Shown here piece by piece: positions 19,790 to 28,524 of a stretch of DNA of 64,000 nt. This stretch comes from Candidatus Bathyarchaeota archaeon (GTDB taxonomy: Archaea; Thermoproteota; Bathyarchaeia; 40CM-2-53-6). The number at the start of each line of letters is the position of its first letter. The stretch's first letter is position 1. Under the pieces are notes generated by a model. It saw only the letters and a program-made list of their open reading frames with translations, did no database searches and was not told the origin of the DNA. The translations under genes and the position numbers were made by a program. The stretch lies in contig CAVTBR010000001.1 of assembly GCA_963733055.1 (NCBI GenBank), forward strand, positions 288,001 through 352,000. Reading direction: 5' to 3'.

Positions 19790-20087
19790 GTCAGAATTCA
19801 AGCACTTGACAAAGCAGAATGACACGATCATTACACTGCTGGGACATTTGGCGTTCAAAGCGCAAGATATCAAGGACATTGTGACTAAGAAGAAGCAGAA
19901 CCCCGACAACTATGTCAAAGGATACAATGCCTGTGACGGACAACATACAGTATCTCAGATTGCTCAGATAGTGGATGTCAAATCTGGCACGCTCACGCCC
20001 ATTCTCCAGGAGTGGGAAGAATTGGGGATTATTCGTGAAATCGAAAAGCCTGGAGGCAGGTTCTACAAGAAGCTGTTTCCTATTTAG
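19782..20087 (+). CDS. Helix + winged-HTH protein 2
   Basis: ACDG.HTVSQIAQIV..GTLTPILQEWEELGII; 8-nt overlap with the previous gene. Confidence 0.8.
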   Translation: MSESEFKHLTKQNDTIITLLGHLAFKAQDIKDIVTKKKQNPDNYVKGYNACDGQHTVSQIAQIVDVKSGTLTPILQEWEELGIIREIEKPGGRFYKKLFPI

Positions 20088-20095
20088 GTGAAAAC

Positions 20096-20332
20096 ATGGA
20101 CGAAAAACAGTTCACAGAACTCATGGGCAGGCTCGGTGTCCTAAGTAAACTCCTCGCTTGGAATATTCTCCAAGGCAAGGAAAGTCTAACTCAGCGGGCT
20201 CTGGCACTCTCCTCAGCCGGTTTGGAAAGGAAGGAGATTGCATGGTTACTGGGTCAAGATCCAGATCTGATTAGTCAGACACTATACCAGGCCAAGCAGG
20301 CAAAGGGAAGCAAGAAGGAGAGAGTCAAATGA
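20096..20332 (+). CDS. Helix + HTH protein 3
   Basis: AGGTGA SD; LSSAGLERKEIAWLLG..LISQTL. Confidence 0.75.
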   Translation: MDEKQFTELMGRLGVLSKLLAWNILQGKESLTQRALALSSAGLERKEIAWLLGQDPDLISQTLYQAKQAKGSKKERVK

Positions 20333-20598
20333 GCGATCAAGAACAATTCGCCAGACTGATTGAGCTGATTGAGGCGATCCTGAGAACGAGAATCACGGAG
20401 CTGTTGGACAAGGAGCTAGATGATCCCAAGAAGAAGAAACTATACGAACTTACTGGCAGAAAGAAAATAGTCGAGCTTAGCAAACTCACTGATCTCTCAA
20501 CAGGAACTATCTCGGGCCTCTGGCAGAGATGGTATTCGATGGGCATCCTGAAGAAACAAGGCAAGCTCTACGTCAAGTTCTTCGAGGAGGAGATCTAA
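20329..20598 (+). CDS. Helix + winged-HTH protein 4
   Basis: ATGA overlap; LYELTG..IVELSK..LSTGTISGLWQRW..GIL. Confidence 0.75.
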   Translation: MSDQEQFARLIELIEAILRTRITELLDKELDDPKKKKLYELTGRKKIVELSKLTDLSTGTISGLWQRWYSMGILKKQGKLYVKFFEEEI

Positions 20599-20685
20599 GA
20601 CGACTGAAGAACCGCTGAGAAGAACTACAAGGAATAGAGAGACGTGCGTCTCTTAGTGTCTCCGGCAGAAGAAGAGGTGATATCG

Positions 20686-20850
20686 ATGCCAAAGAAGCCA
20701 AAAACAGTTGAAGAGCACCTCGAAATCATGGAGAATCTGCTCGCTGGTGTTATTCTAAAGCGTGAACCGAACGTGAAAAAGCTAGCCAAGATTATGGGTG
20801 TCTCCAGTGACAAGCTTACTGAATTGTATCCTACTTCCAGGAAGAAGTGA
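20686..20850 (+). CDS. Helix + HTH microprotein 5
   Basis: GAGGTGA SD; LEIMENLL, VKKLAKIMGVSSDKL. Confidence 0.65.
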   Translation: MPKKPKTVEEHLEIMENLLAGVILKREPNVKKLAKIMGVSSDKLTELYPTSRKK

Positions 20851-20875
20851 GAGAAAACCGAAGAGTGATTGACGG

Positions 20876-21577
20876 ATGTTGGATCGTGCTTCACTCATCA
20901 GCAATTTGAGAGCGTTCTGTGCTGGATCGCCCAAGAAAATAGCAATTTTGAAAGCCGTCCGAAAGCGAACATATTACAAGGAAGTTGCGAAAAATGTTCA
21001 CGCTAGAGAGGACTACTGTTCTAGCGTTCTTAATGGCTTACGGGCAAATGAGTTAGTCGAAGGAAAACGCGGTTTCTATCAGCAGACACCGTTGATGAAA
21101 ACCATCAACATAGATTCTGAGTTAAAGAAGCAAAGTGGAAGAGTACGAGTCGCACAAACAAAGCAAACTCCTACAGAGAAAATTAGAGTACTTGACCTAG
21201 AAAAGGCGCTTGATCAGCTAGACGTCGACTCGGTAATCAAGAGTGACTGCTTTCCTCTGCGAAAACCCTACAGAACTCATGTAGGGGAAGCGTATCTAAC
21301 TGTAGAGAATTTCATCAAACAAGAGTTGCGATTGCCCGATTCCCTCGTGGGTACAGATCTCGTTTCCGAGGCTGTCAAGAAGGGACTCTTCGATAGGTCG
21401 GTCAATTCTGAGAAAGAAGGTCTAGCTCTTCTCTTCAGAGGAGCCGTGCTTTGGCTTAGAAACCCAGCTCATCATAGGAAGGGAGACATGCCTAGAGAGG
21501 ATGCCCTTAAGATGATACTGTTTGCAGACTACCTGTTGAAGTTAGTTAGAAGGCAAAAAGAACTGAACAAACTCTAA
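20876..21577 (+). CDS. wHTH + TIGR02391 (Ymh-like) domain protein
   Basis: N-terminal HTH; EAYLTVE, GTDLV, SEKEGLALLFRG, LRNPAHH. Confidence 0.8.
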   Translation: MLDRASLISNLRAFCAGSPKKIAILKAVRKRTYYKEVAKNVHAREDYCSSVLNGLRANELVEGKRGFYQQTPLMKTINIDSELKKQSGRVRVAQTKQTPTEKIRVLDLEKALDQLDVDSVIKSDCFPLRKPYRTHVGEAYLTVENFIKQELRLPDSLVGTDLVSEAVKKGLFDRSVNSEKEGLALLFRGAVLWLRNPAHHRKGDMPREDALKMILFADYLLKLVRRQKELNKL

Positions 21578-21715
21578 ATGATATTCGCAGTTTGACCATG
21601 CGCTCAACTCATGTCTATTTGGTCGATATAACAATCGTTCGCCGATATTGCAGATTTTTCGTGATCAAAACAGACATCAAGATAAGATTGATCGGAGCAT
21701 TTCTTTCGGAGACAA

Positions 21716-24238
21716 TTGGACGTTCAGGAGTGCCTAGAAGCCATCGTAGAGAGCATACGTAAGAAGAAGATGTCTATCTGGGTTGGAGCTGGAATATCTC
21801 TACCGTCTCTTCCTTTGGGAAATGAATTGAAGTTTTGCATACTTGAGGAAGTATGCGCCCATCCCTCACTTCGGAAATATGGAGATCGATTGCAACGAGG
21901 GCAGGACATAGCGAGAGATGTGGAGAAGCTTCCGCTCGAATGGATAATTCAAATCACATCCACCCTGGATTCGTCGATCCTTGCTTGCGTCGCCAACGTG
22001 TTTAGGGGCGGCTCTTCGAACAAGAATCATTTCCTGATAGCTCAGCTAATTGCGCAAGGTTTTGTCTCGCAGGTCATGACAACAAACTTTGACCTCCTGA
22101 TCGATAGAGTTCTCGAGAACGAGCTAGGATTACGAAGAGGATCCACTTTCAACCTACTGTATCGTGAGTCTGAATTTGAAAATATCAAAGCGATCAAAAA
22201 CCGACCCACCCTCTACAAGATTCATGGCAGTGCAGATGACGAATCTAGCATAAGAGTCACTTTGAACAATGTGGCGAGCAGGGGACTTTCGGACCGCAGA
22301 GCCGAAGCCTTGGAACACTTTCTCAGCTCGGGAGACATTCTTGTTCTTGGCTACAGCGTGCGAGATGACTTTGACATCAATCCGATTCTGTCGAAAATAC
22401 CATCGAAAGGGCGTATTTTCTACGTTAGACACGTAAGGGAAGGATTCAGCATAAGGAAGCTGCCAAAAGCATTCTCTAGGTTTCCAGGAACAACTATTCA
22501 TTTTGACACGGCTAAGCTGATTGACTATCTGTCGAAGTCAATTCTAGACCAAGATCCGAAGCAACTCTCGGTGAAGATGGGATTAGAATCTGGGAACTGG
22601 AGGAAAACGATCGAGGCATGGGCGGAAAGGCTCCAATTGTCTAAGAGATGCCTTATCATGGGATCGATTCTTCTTGAGATACGGCGGAATGATTCATATG
22701 AATTATTCAGAAGGGCGAGCAAAGCATGTGTCGTCGATCATAACCTTCCCGGATTAGCGACCGCCCTCTATAGTATGGGCATGATAGAGCAAGAAAGAGG
22801 CAGGTACAACAAAGCGCTGACATTTTTCGATCAGACGCTGCGGCTTGACCGTAGACTCAACGATCAACATGGGATAGCGGTTACCTTACGTTTGATGGGG
22901 AAAATCCAACTAGACGTCGGCAATTTTGCCAAGGCTGCAAGGCTATTCCTTCGAGGTGCAAATATTCTTTACGAGCTTGGGGATTTGTATGAATTTGCCA
23001 CTGCTGTCCAGGACTTGGCTGTTTTGGAGATGGACAATGAAAATTATCCTCGAGCGACAGCGTTCTTCGGTCAGGCAAAGGAAACCTTCGAGAAGTTAGG
23101 CAACGTGTCAGGAGCAGCGGGAGTGTCGCAAAATTTGGCGATAATTGAGGAGCGAAAAGGAAACCTGAAGGAGGCTTCAAGACTATGTCGAAAAGCCTTA
23201 GAGACCGCATCAAGCCTCTCAGATGAACCTGAAATCGGCGCTGCACTTCATCATCTCGGCACTATTGAGCAGAGTCTAGGAAATTATGCGACGGCCAAAC
23301 GATTCTTCGATCGGGCTTTGAAGATTCGACTAAGCCTGAAAGACTTGGCAGGATTGGCAAGTACAACCAGTGAACTGGCCAAACTCGAAGTCCTGTTAGG
23401 ACATTATGGTAGAGGTCGAATTCTGTACAACAGAGCGAAGAAGTTCTTCTGCAAGCTGGATCACTCATATGGAATCGCCAATTGCCTTCAAGAGCTGGCA
23501 ATAGTAGATGTGTACGAGGGGAAATATCAGAGGGCCGTCCAGTTGACGAATGAGAGCCTTGAGATTAGGAGGCAGGGTCCAAACCAATCAGCTGTCGCAG
23601 CATTGCTGGACCAATTGGGATCAATTGAGTTGCTGCAACGGAAATACGTTGAGGCGAAGACACATTGCAAAAAGGCGCTGCAAATATTTCGCAAACTGGA
23701 CGATCAAGCTGGAATTGCAGGAGCTCTTCATGACCTCGCCAGTGTCTACGAAGAGAGTGGTGACCTCCCTAGAGCCATAGCGATGTATAATCACAGCCTG
23801 AAAATTAAGCGGAGAATCAAAGATCGTCATGGAATGGCCAAAACTTTTCATCAGCTAGGTTTAATCGAGTATCGCAGAAAACACTACGACAGGGCCAGGA
23901 AATATTGTGACGATAGTCTACGAATCAAACGGAAGTTAGGCGACAAACACGGAATCGGTGCGACGCTGCTTCAGCTTGGTGCAGTCGAACATGCGAACAA
24001 CAATCTTGTTCAAGCAGAGCAGTTCTATACTGAGGCTCTGGCGCTTTTCCGCGCCATCGGAAGCCAAACAGCCGAATCTTCCGTTCTAACAAATCTTGGA
24101 ATACTCGAAGTGACTAATCAGAATTACGATGCGGCAGGGGAATTTTTCAAAGAAGCTCTGACAATAGAACGCAAGCCGGGCAATCGCCATAATGCTGAAC
24201 AGCTGCTTATGACACTACAGGGTCTCTCTAGACTCTAA
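21716..24238 (+). CDS. SIR2-like (SIR2_2) domain + TPR repeat protein
   Basis: WVGAGIS, TTNFD, KIHGS, LGYS.RDDFDI followed by many ~40-aa TPRs. Confidence 0.9.
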   Translation: MDVQECLEAIVESIRKKKMSIWVGAGISLPSLPLGNELKFCILEEVCAHPSLRKYGDRLQRGQDIARDVEKLPLEWIIQITSTLDSSILACVANVFRGGSSNKNHFLIAQLIAQGFVSQVMTTNFDLLIDRVLENELGLRRGSTFNLLYRESEFENIKAIKNRPTLYKIHGSADDESSIRVTLNNVASRGLSDRRAEALEHFLSSGDILVLGYSVRDDFDINPILSKIPSKGRIFYVRHVREGFSIRKLPKAFSRFPGTTIHFDTAKLIDYLSKSILDQDPKQLSVKMGLESGNWRKTIEAWAERLQLSKRCLIMGSILLEIRRNDSYELFRRASKACVVDHNLPGLATALYSMGMIEQERGRYNKALTFFDQTLRLDRRLNDQHGIAVTLRLMGKIQLDVGNFAKAARLFLRGANILYELGDLYEFATAVQDLAVLEMDNENYPRATAFFGQAKETFEKLGNVSGAAGVSQNLAIIEERKGNLKEASRLCRKALETASSLSDEPEIGAALHHLGTIEQSLGNYATAKRFFDRALKIRLSLKDLAGLASTTSELAKLEVLLGHYGRGRILYNRAKKFFCKLDHSYGIANCLQELAIVDVYEGKYQRAVQLTNESLEIRRQGPNQSAVAALLDQLGSIELLQRKYVEAKTHCKKALQIFRKLDDQAGIAGALHDLASVYEESGDLPRAIAMYNHSLKIKRRIKDRHGMAKTFHQLGLIEYRRKHYDRARKYCDDSLRIKRKLGDKHGIGATLLQLGAVEHANNNLVQAEQFYTEALALFRAIGSQTAESSVLTNLGILEVTNQNYDAAGEFFKEALTIERKPGNRHNAEQLLMTLQGLSRL

Positions 24239-24250
24239 AGGGACGAAAAT

Positions 24251-27184
24251 TTGATGGAGTCTGTGTTGTTACTTGCAGGCTTGTTGCTCGCCAGATTACT
24301 TCTCGAGAAGCTTCCAGAAAGCGTTGCATCTGATGCAATTATAGATTCGGGGAAGGCGCTTGCCCATCGAATAGGTAGAAAGAATCTTGAAGAGCTCATT
24401 GTGGAATCGATCAAAGAAGCCGCTGAACAGTCTGCAAGAGAGTACGGCGATATCAGACAAGATATTTTCAAGAGTGCGTTGAAAGCGCTTGAGTGTCCTT
24501 CTGCAAAAGAGATTATCCGGAGAAGAAGCGATGCACTGCTTCGAGCAAAATTCACCTCCGAGGAATTCAAGCAGCTCTCTCAAGAGTTAGCAGCCACGAT
24601 CTATGTCAAGTCAGGTATTTCCAAAGAAGACATTGAACGCGTTCTGAGAGAATCTCTACGTTTGTTTCATGACCACTTACTTGCGAAGATCGCTGAAGAC
24701 CAGAGGCTTACGAATTTTCTTGGGCTTAAGTTAGGAATTCAAAATGCTCTTGCACTAGAGTCCCTCACGAGTGCTTTTAGAGCCTCCAGGAAAGATACTC
24801 AAAGTGCATTTCAACCGTTCACTATTCTACCGTTATCGGATTTGCGGAAACTGGACACGGTTCTCCATTATAACCCACCCCAATCAAGATTGCATGGATA
24901 CGTGCCGAGGGAAGAGATTGACTTCGATCCATCTGGAAGAAGGATCATTATTCTAGGAACTCCAGGATCGGGCAAGACAACCGCTCTGCTGAAAATCCTT
25001 GAAAGAGCAAAAAGCGGAACCATAGCGGTAATACACAGATCCTTTTCCGCCGATGATATCCTCGGACTACTCAACGCTATCTCGATTGGTGAGTCAATTA
25101 TTCTTGTTTGGGACGACCTGCATTGGGTCGGCGAACCGTCTCTCGTTCCGACAACTATTTGTAAGATCCTGGAAGTCACTTCTAACCCTACCTTAATACT
25201 GGCTGCAAGATCAAACGAATTCGAGTCATTACGTCGAAAGGTATCGGAACACTTCTGGTCTATGTTTGAAAAACATCAGCTCGTGGACCTCGACACCGAT
25301 CAGACAAGGAGGCTAGTAGACATTTGCAAACAGGAATTCGATGTGACGATGGATGAGGAACTTGAGAAACAGCTAATCTCCGTAGTCAAAGAAGCCGATC
25401 CTACTCCTCTCTATATTGTGTCGGCTATTCTAGCCTTGAAAGGGAAATCGCTTGAAGCGACCGACATCCACAGAATTCCTGCAAGCGCTAGGGACATTTG
25501 GGCAGGATTATTCTCCTCACTCGATTCCGACAACAAGAATGTCTTGAGGTCTCTGAAATTACTTGACGAAGCACAGCTTCCTCCTTTGCATTGGCTTGCC
25601 TCAGCAATATACGAATGCGTCTTTCGTGGAGACGAAACGAAATTCCAATCAGCCTTGGACCAACTTAGTAGCATGGGATGGGTTCGATCTCTTGGCTCAC
25701 GTATTCAGTGTCATGACCTCCAACTCGAAGCGGTTCAGATCGACGATCTTTCCTACGACAATTTGCGTTTTCTCTCATCTAGTCTCAACCTAACCCCTGA
25801 AGGCAAATTCACTGTTCTTCATCACTTTGGCATAGTGCTTGACCGAAGAGGTAGGTATAACGACGCAAGAGCGCTGCTCGAAGAAAGCCTTGCAATTGAA
25901 CGTGATGTTGGGAACAATTTGTCAGAGGCTTTAACGTTGCACCAATTGGGAAAGATCGAACAGGCGATAGGCAACTACGACGTCGCCCAGAAACTCTATG
26001 AACAAAGTCTCGAGATCAAACGGAAACTAAGAAATGAAGCTAGCATACCTTCAACGTTGCATCAGCTTGGCGTTTTAGCCTATCTTAAGGGCGACTATGA
26101 TGCTGCCAAGCGATTGTACGGGGAGGCAGAGAGTGCCTTTCGCAAGTTTGATGATCAATCCGGATTAGCTGGGGTACTGCATCAACTTGCACTCATAGAA
26201 AAGGAGAGGGGAAACCTTGATGAATCAGCAAAACTCGCCGAACAAAGTTTGAGGATTAGTCAAACACTAGGAGATCAAGAAGCAGTGCCTCAAGATGTGG
26301 TGCTTCTTGCTCAACTAGAAGATTCCAGAGGTAATCGTGATACAGCGAAGCGACTGTACGCAGAAGCTGAAAACGCTTTTCGAGAACTAGGCGATCAAGT
26401 GGGGCTAGCAATCGTGTTACACCAACTCAGTATGATGCTTCAAGACGAAGGCAACTTGGATGAATCTCTTAGATTGTGTAATGAGAGCTTGAGAATTGAG
26501 CAAAAGATCGGGCATCCATTAGGAATAGCTGGAAGCTTGAATCAGTTAGGTAGAATTCAATTTCAAAAAGGCAACTATGATGAGGCCCAGAGATTCTATG
26601 AGGCCAGCTTGGAAATTACTGGTAAACTTGGAAATCAATCGGAAAGCGCTCAGACACTGCATTCCCTGGGCGTAATCGAATACATGAGGGGCAACTACGA
26701 TAAAGCCACGAAACTGTACAATCAGGCCCTTGAAGTCTACGGTTTACTTGGGATGAAAGCAGAGATTGCCTCAGTTCTGTATCAGTTTGGCAACATGGCA
26801 GTGTCAAAGGAAAATTACGATGACGCAAAGACGCTTTATGAACAATGCCTAGAAATCGATCGGGAGGTTGAGAACCCATTAGGCATAGCGAGAACTTTAG
26901 TGGCACTGGGTAGAGTGGATGCTCTGAAGGATAACTTTGAGAATGCAAGGAAACTTTTCAATGAAAGCCTGGCGATTGCTCGCAAGCTTGGAAACATATC
27001 AGAGGAAGCGACGGCGAATGCTCAACTCGGTAGCCTTGCGGAGGCGGAGGGTGATGTGAAAAGTGCTGTCAAGCTGTGGTCACAAGCATTACAAATTTTC
27101 GAGCAGATAGGCGAGAGAGAAAAAGCGGACAATCTAAGGCCCGAGCTCAAGCGTCTAATGGACAGGTTACGACTTGGACAGTAA
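24251..27184 (+). CDS. STAND-like P-loop NTPase + TPR repeat protein
   Basis: Helical N-terminus, Walker A GTPGSGKT, Walker B LVWDD, TPLY (GxP-like), HD motif, then TPRs. Confidence 0.85.
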   Translation: MMESVLLLAGLLLARLLLEKLPESVASDAIIDSGKALAHRIGRKNLEELIVESIKEAAEQSAREYGDIRQDIFKSALKALECPSAKEIIRRRSDALLRAKFTSEEFKQLSQELAATIYVKSGISKEDIERVLRESLRLFHDHLLAKIAEDQRLTNFLGLKLGIQNALALESLTSAFRASRKDTQSAFQPFTILPLSDLRKLDTVLHYNPPQSRLHGYVPREEIDFDPSGRRIIILGTPGSGKTTALLKILERAKSGTIAVIHRSFSADDILGLLNAISIGESIILVWDDLHWVGEPSLVPTTICKILEVTSNPTLILAARSNEFESLRRKVSEHFWSMFEKHQLVDLDTDQTRRLVDICKQEFDVTMDEELEKQLISVVKEADPTPLYIVSAILALKGKSLEATDIHRIPASARDIWAGLFSSLDSDNKNVLRSLKLLDEAQLPPLHWLASAIYECVFRGDETKFQSALDQLSSMGWVRSLGSRIQCHDLQLEAVQIDDLSYDNLRFLSSSLNLTPEGKFTVLHHFGIVLDRRGRYNDARALLEESLAIERDVGNNLSEALTLHQLGKIEQAIGNYDVAQKLYEQSLEIKRKLRNEASIPSTLHQLGVLAYLKGDYDAAKRLYGEAESAFRKFDDQSGLAGVLHQLALIEKERGNLDESAKLAEQSLRISQTLGDQEAVPQDVVLLAQLEDSRGNRDTAKRLYAEAENAFRELGDQVGLAIVLHQLSMMLQDEGNLDESLRLCNESLRIEQKIGHPLGIAGSLNQLGRIQFQKGNYDEAQRFYEASLEITGKLGNQSESAQTLHSLGVIEYMRGNYDKATKLYNQALEVYGLLGMKAEIASVLYQFGNMAVSKENYDDAKTLYEQCLEIDREVENPLGIARTLVALGRVDALKDNFENARKLFNESLAIARKLGNISEEATANAQLGSLAEAEGDVKSAVKLWSQALQIFEQIGEREKADNLRPELKRLMDRLRLGQ

Positions 27185-27407
27185 ACGTTCCAAATGATGC
27201 TCCGTCAGTCCACGTGATTTGGGTACTAAATATTAGCTGACCTTGGTAATAGAGTGATATCCAGCCTGCCATGCTTGTTGCGAGCCTCTGTGATATTCAT
27301 CGGCTCTTGTGATTTTGAACTTCACCCACCACCTTCTTCTCACATCTCAGGAATGCGTTTCGGCTCAAACGGTAGGCAAGTTTTCAATTAATCAATCTGC
27401 GGAATCG

Positions 27408-27529
27408 TGGCGGGCCCGCGGGGATTCGAACCCCGGACCCCAGGCTTCTCCCGCTTCCTGAAAGCGTTTAGAGGGCCTGTGCTTTAGACGCTCAAACCAG
27501 AAGCACTATCCAGACTGAGCTACGGGCCC
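27408..27529 (-). tRNA. tRNA-Arg(TCT) with two introns (22/23: 27484-27505; anticodon loop: ~27447-27468), encoded CCA
   Basis: GGGCCCG acceptor, TTCGAAT T-loop, CAGGC/GCCTG anticodon stem, BHB-like intron folds; spliced length 75 nt + CCA. Confidence 0.88.
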
Positions 27530-27911
27530 AACCCGAATCCAGACCTGCCAAACTAAAAGCGTTGAGGCCCACGAGGTTCACGGGTTGATAGGCGTGAATT
27601 TCGCGCGTGCCTAACATAGTTTAGGCAAGTTATTTCTGGATGTACTCAGTTGCTGTTTGGAGAAGAGTTTGCGTTTGAAACTATACTTCTGTCCCGCGAA
27701 GCATGTGGACTAATCGCACGTGTGATCTTAACGAGCAAAATGGGGCAAGAACCGCTAAAGTAGCCGATTTCCGCCCCTTTCCGTTATTCAACCTTGAGCA
27801 TCGAAGTATGGGATACAAAATCTGGCTTGCTTTGACACTATCTTGTAACTAACTATCAAGTCAAACTACCTCCATCCCCATTCTACCTTAGAAACGTGTC
27901 AATGAGGATGT

Positions 27912-28505
27912 TTGAAGAAATTGGCTTACATGTGCTATTATCACCCAAACCTACCCGGGAACGCGGTATGTAGTCGCTGCGGGCGAAGAATTTGCGTTTC
28001 ATGCACTAAACCCTACGTCGAATTAGCTCTATGCCCAGGCTGCTACCACTCAGCCATGGTCAATCATCCAGCCCCACCACCGATGGCACCCACCTTGTAT
28101 GCGCAGGGAGGTTTACCTCCGGGAGGAATGGTATACGGTCCTTACCCTCACATGTTCCGTCGATTCTCGTGGGGAGCAGTTCTGCTACTGTTCACTGCAT
28201 CGTCGCTTATTCTCGCGAATGCGGCAGCCTTGCTTTGGCCGGCCTTCTTTGTATTCTGGGCAGGGTTCTTCCCATGGATAGTGCAGCTTGGCAATTTTAG
28301 CTTCATTCTCGGAACGGTCTTGGGCATAGTGCTCATTGGAGCTGTGCTCCTGTACATGCTAGGGTTCAAAGTTCTATCCGCATTCATGATCTTCCCGACA
28401 GCGATAGTGAGCCTGTTCATCGGCGGCGGCTTCCTAATTGGCCTAATACTTGCCGTCGTAACCGGGATCTACATGATAATGAACGAAAAGGGTTGGCACC
28501 CGTAG
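27912..28505 (+). CDS. B-box zinc finger + membrane domain protein
   Basis: CYYHP..CSRCGRRICVSC..LCPGC, Pro-rich linker, TM helices. Confidence 0.75.
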   Translation: MKKLAYMCYYHPNLPGNAVCSRCGRRICVSCTKPYVELALCPGCYHSAMVNHPAPPPMAPTLYAQGGLPPGGMVYGPYPHMFRRFSWGAVLLLFTASSLILANAAALLWPAFFVFWAGFFPWIVQLGNFSFILGTVLGIVLIGAVLLYMLGFKVLSAFMIFPTAIVSLFIGGGFLIGLILAVVTGIYMIMNEKGWHP

Positions 28506-28524
28506 ACTGCGCCGCCTTGACTCT

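Larger units (their letters stand above)
6660..27407. mobile_element. Accessory/defence island with proviral remnant, adjoining the tRNA-Arg 3' end
   Basis: Terminase, HEPN, nuclease, SIR2 and STAND genes between housekeeping blocks; ends at tRNA 3' end; no integrase or clear att duplication seen, so boundaries are approximate. Confidence 0.7.

Noticed and set aside
22740-27120. CRISPR-like or tandem DNA repeats
   Set aside because: The periodicity is protein-level TPR repetition; no repeat-spacer array is seen anywhere in the window
27185-27407. Integrase remnant next to the tRNA
   Set aside because: Only very short ORFs with no recombinase motifs
27447-27478. Amber-suppressor (CTA) reading of the tRNA-Arg anticodon
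   Set aside because: That register breaks the CAGGC/GCCTG anticodon stem; the tRNA body is typical of Arg
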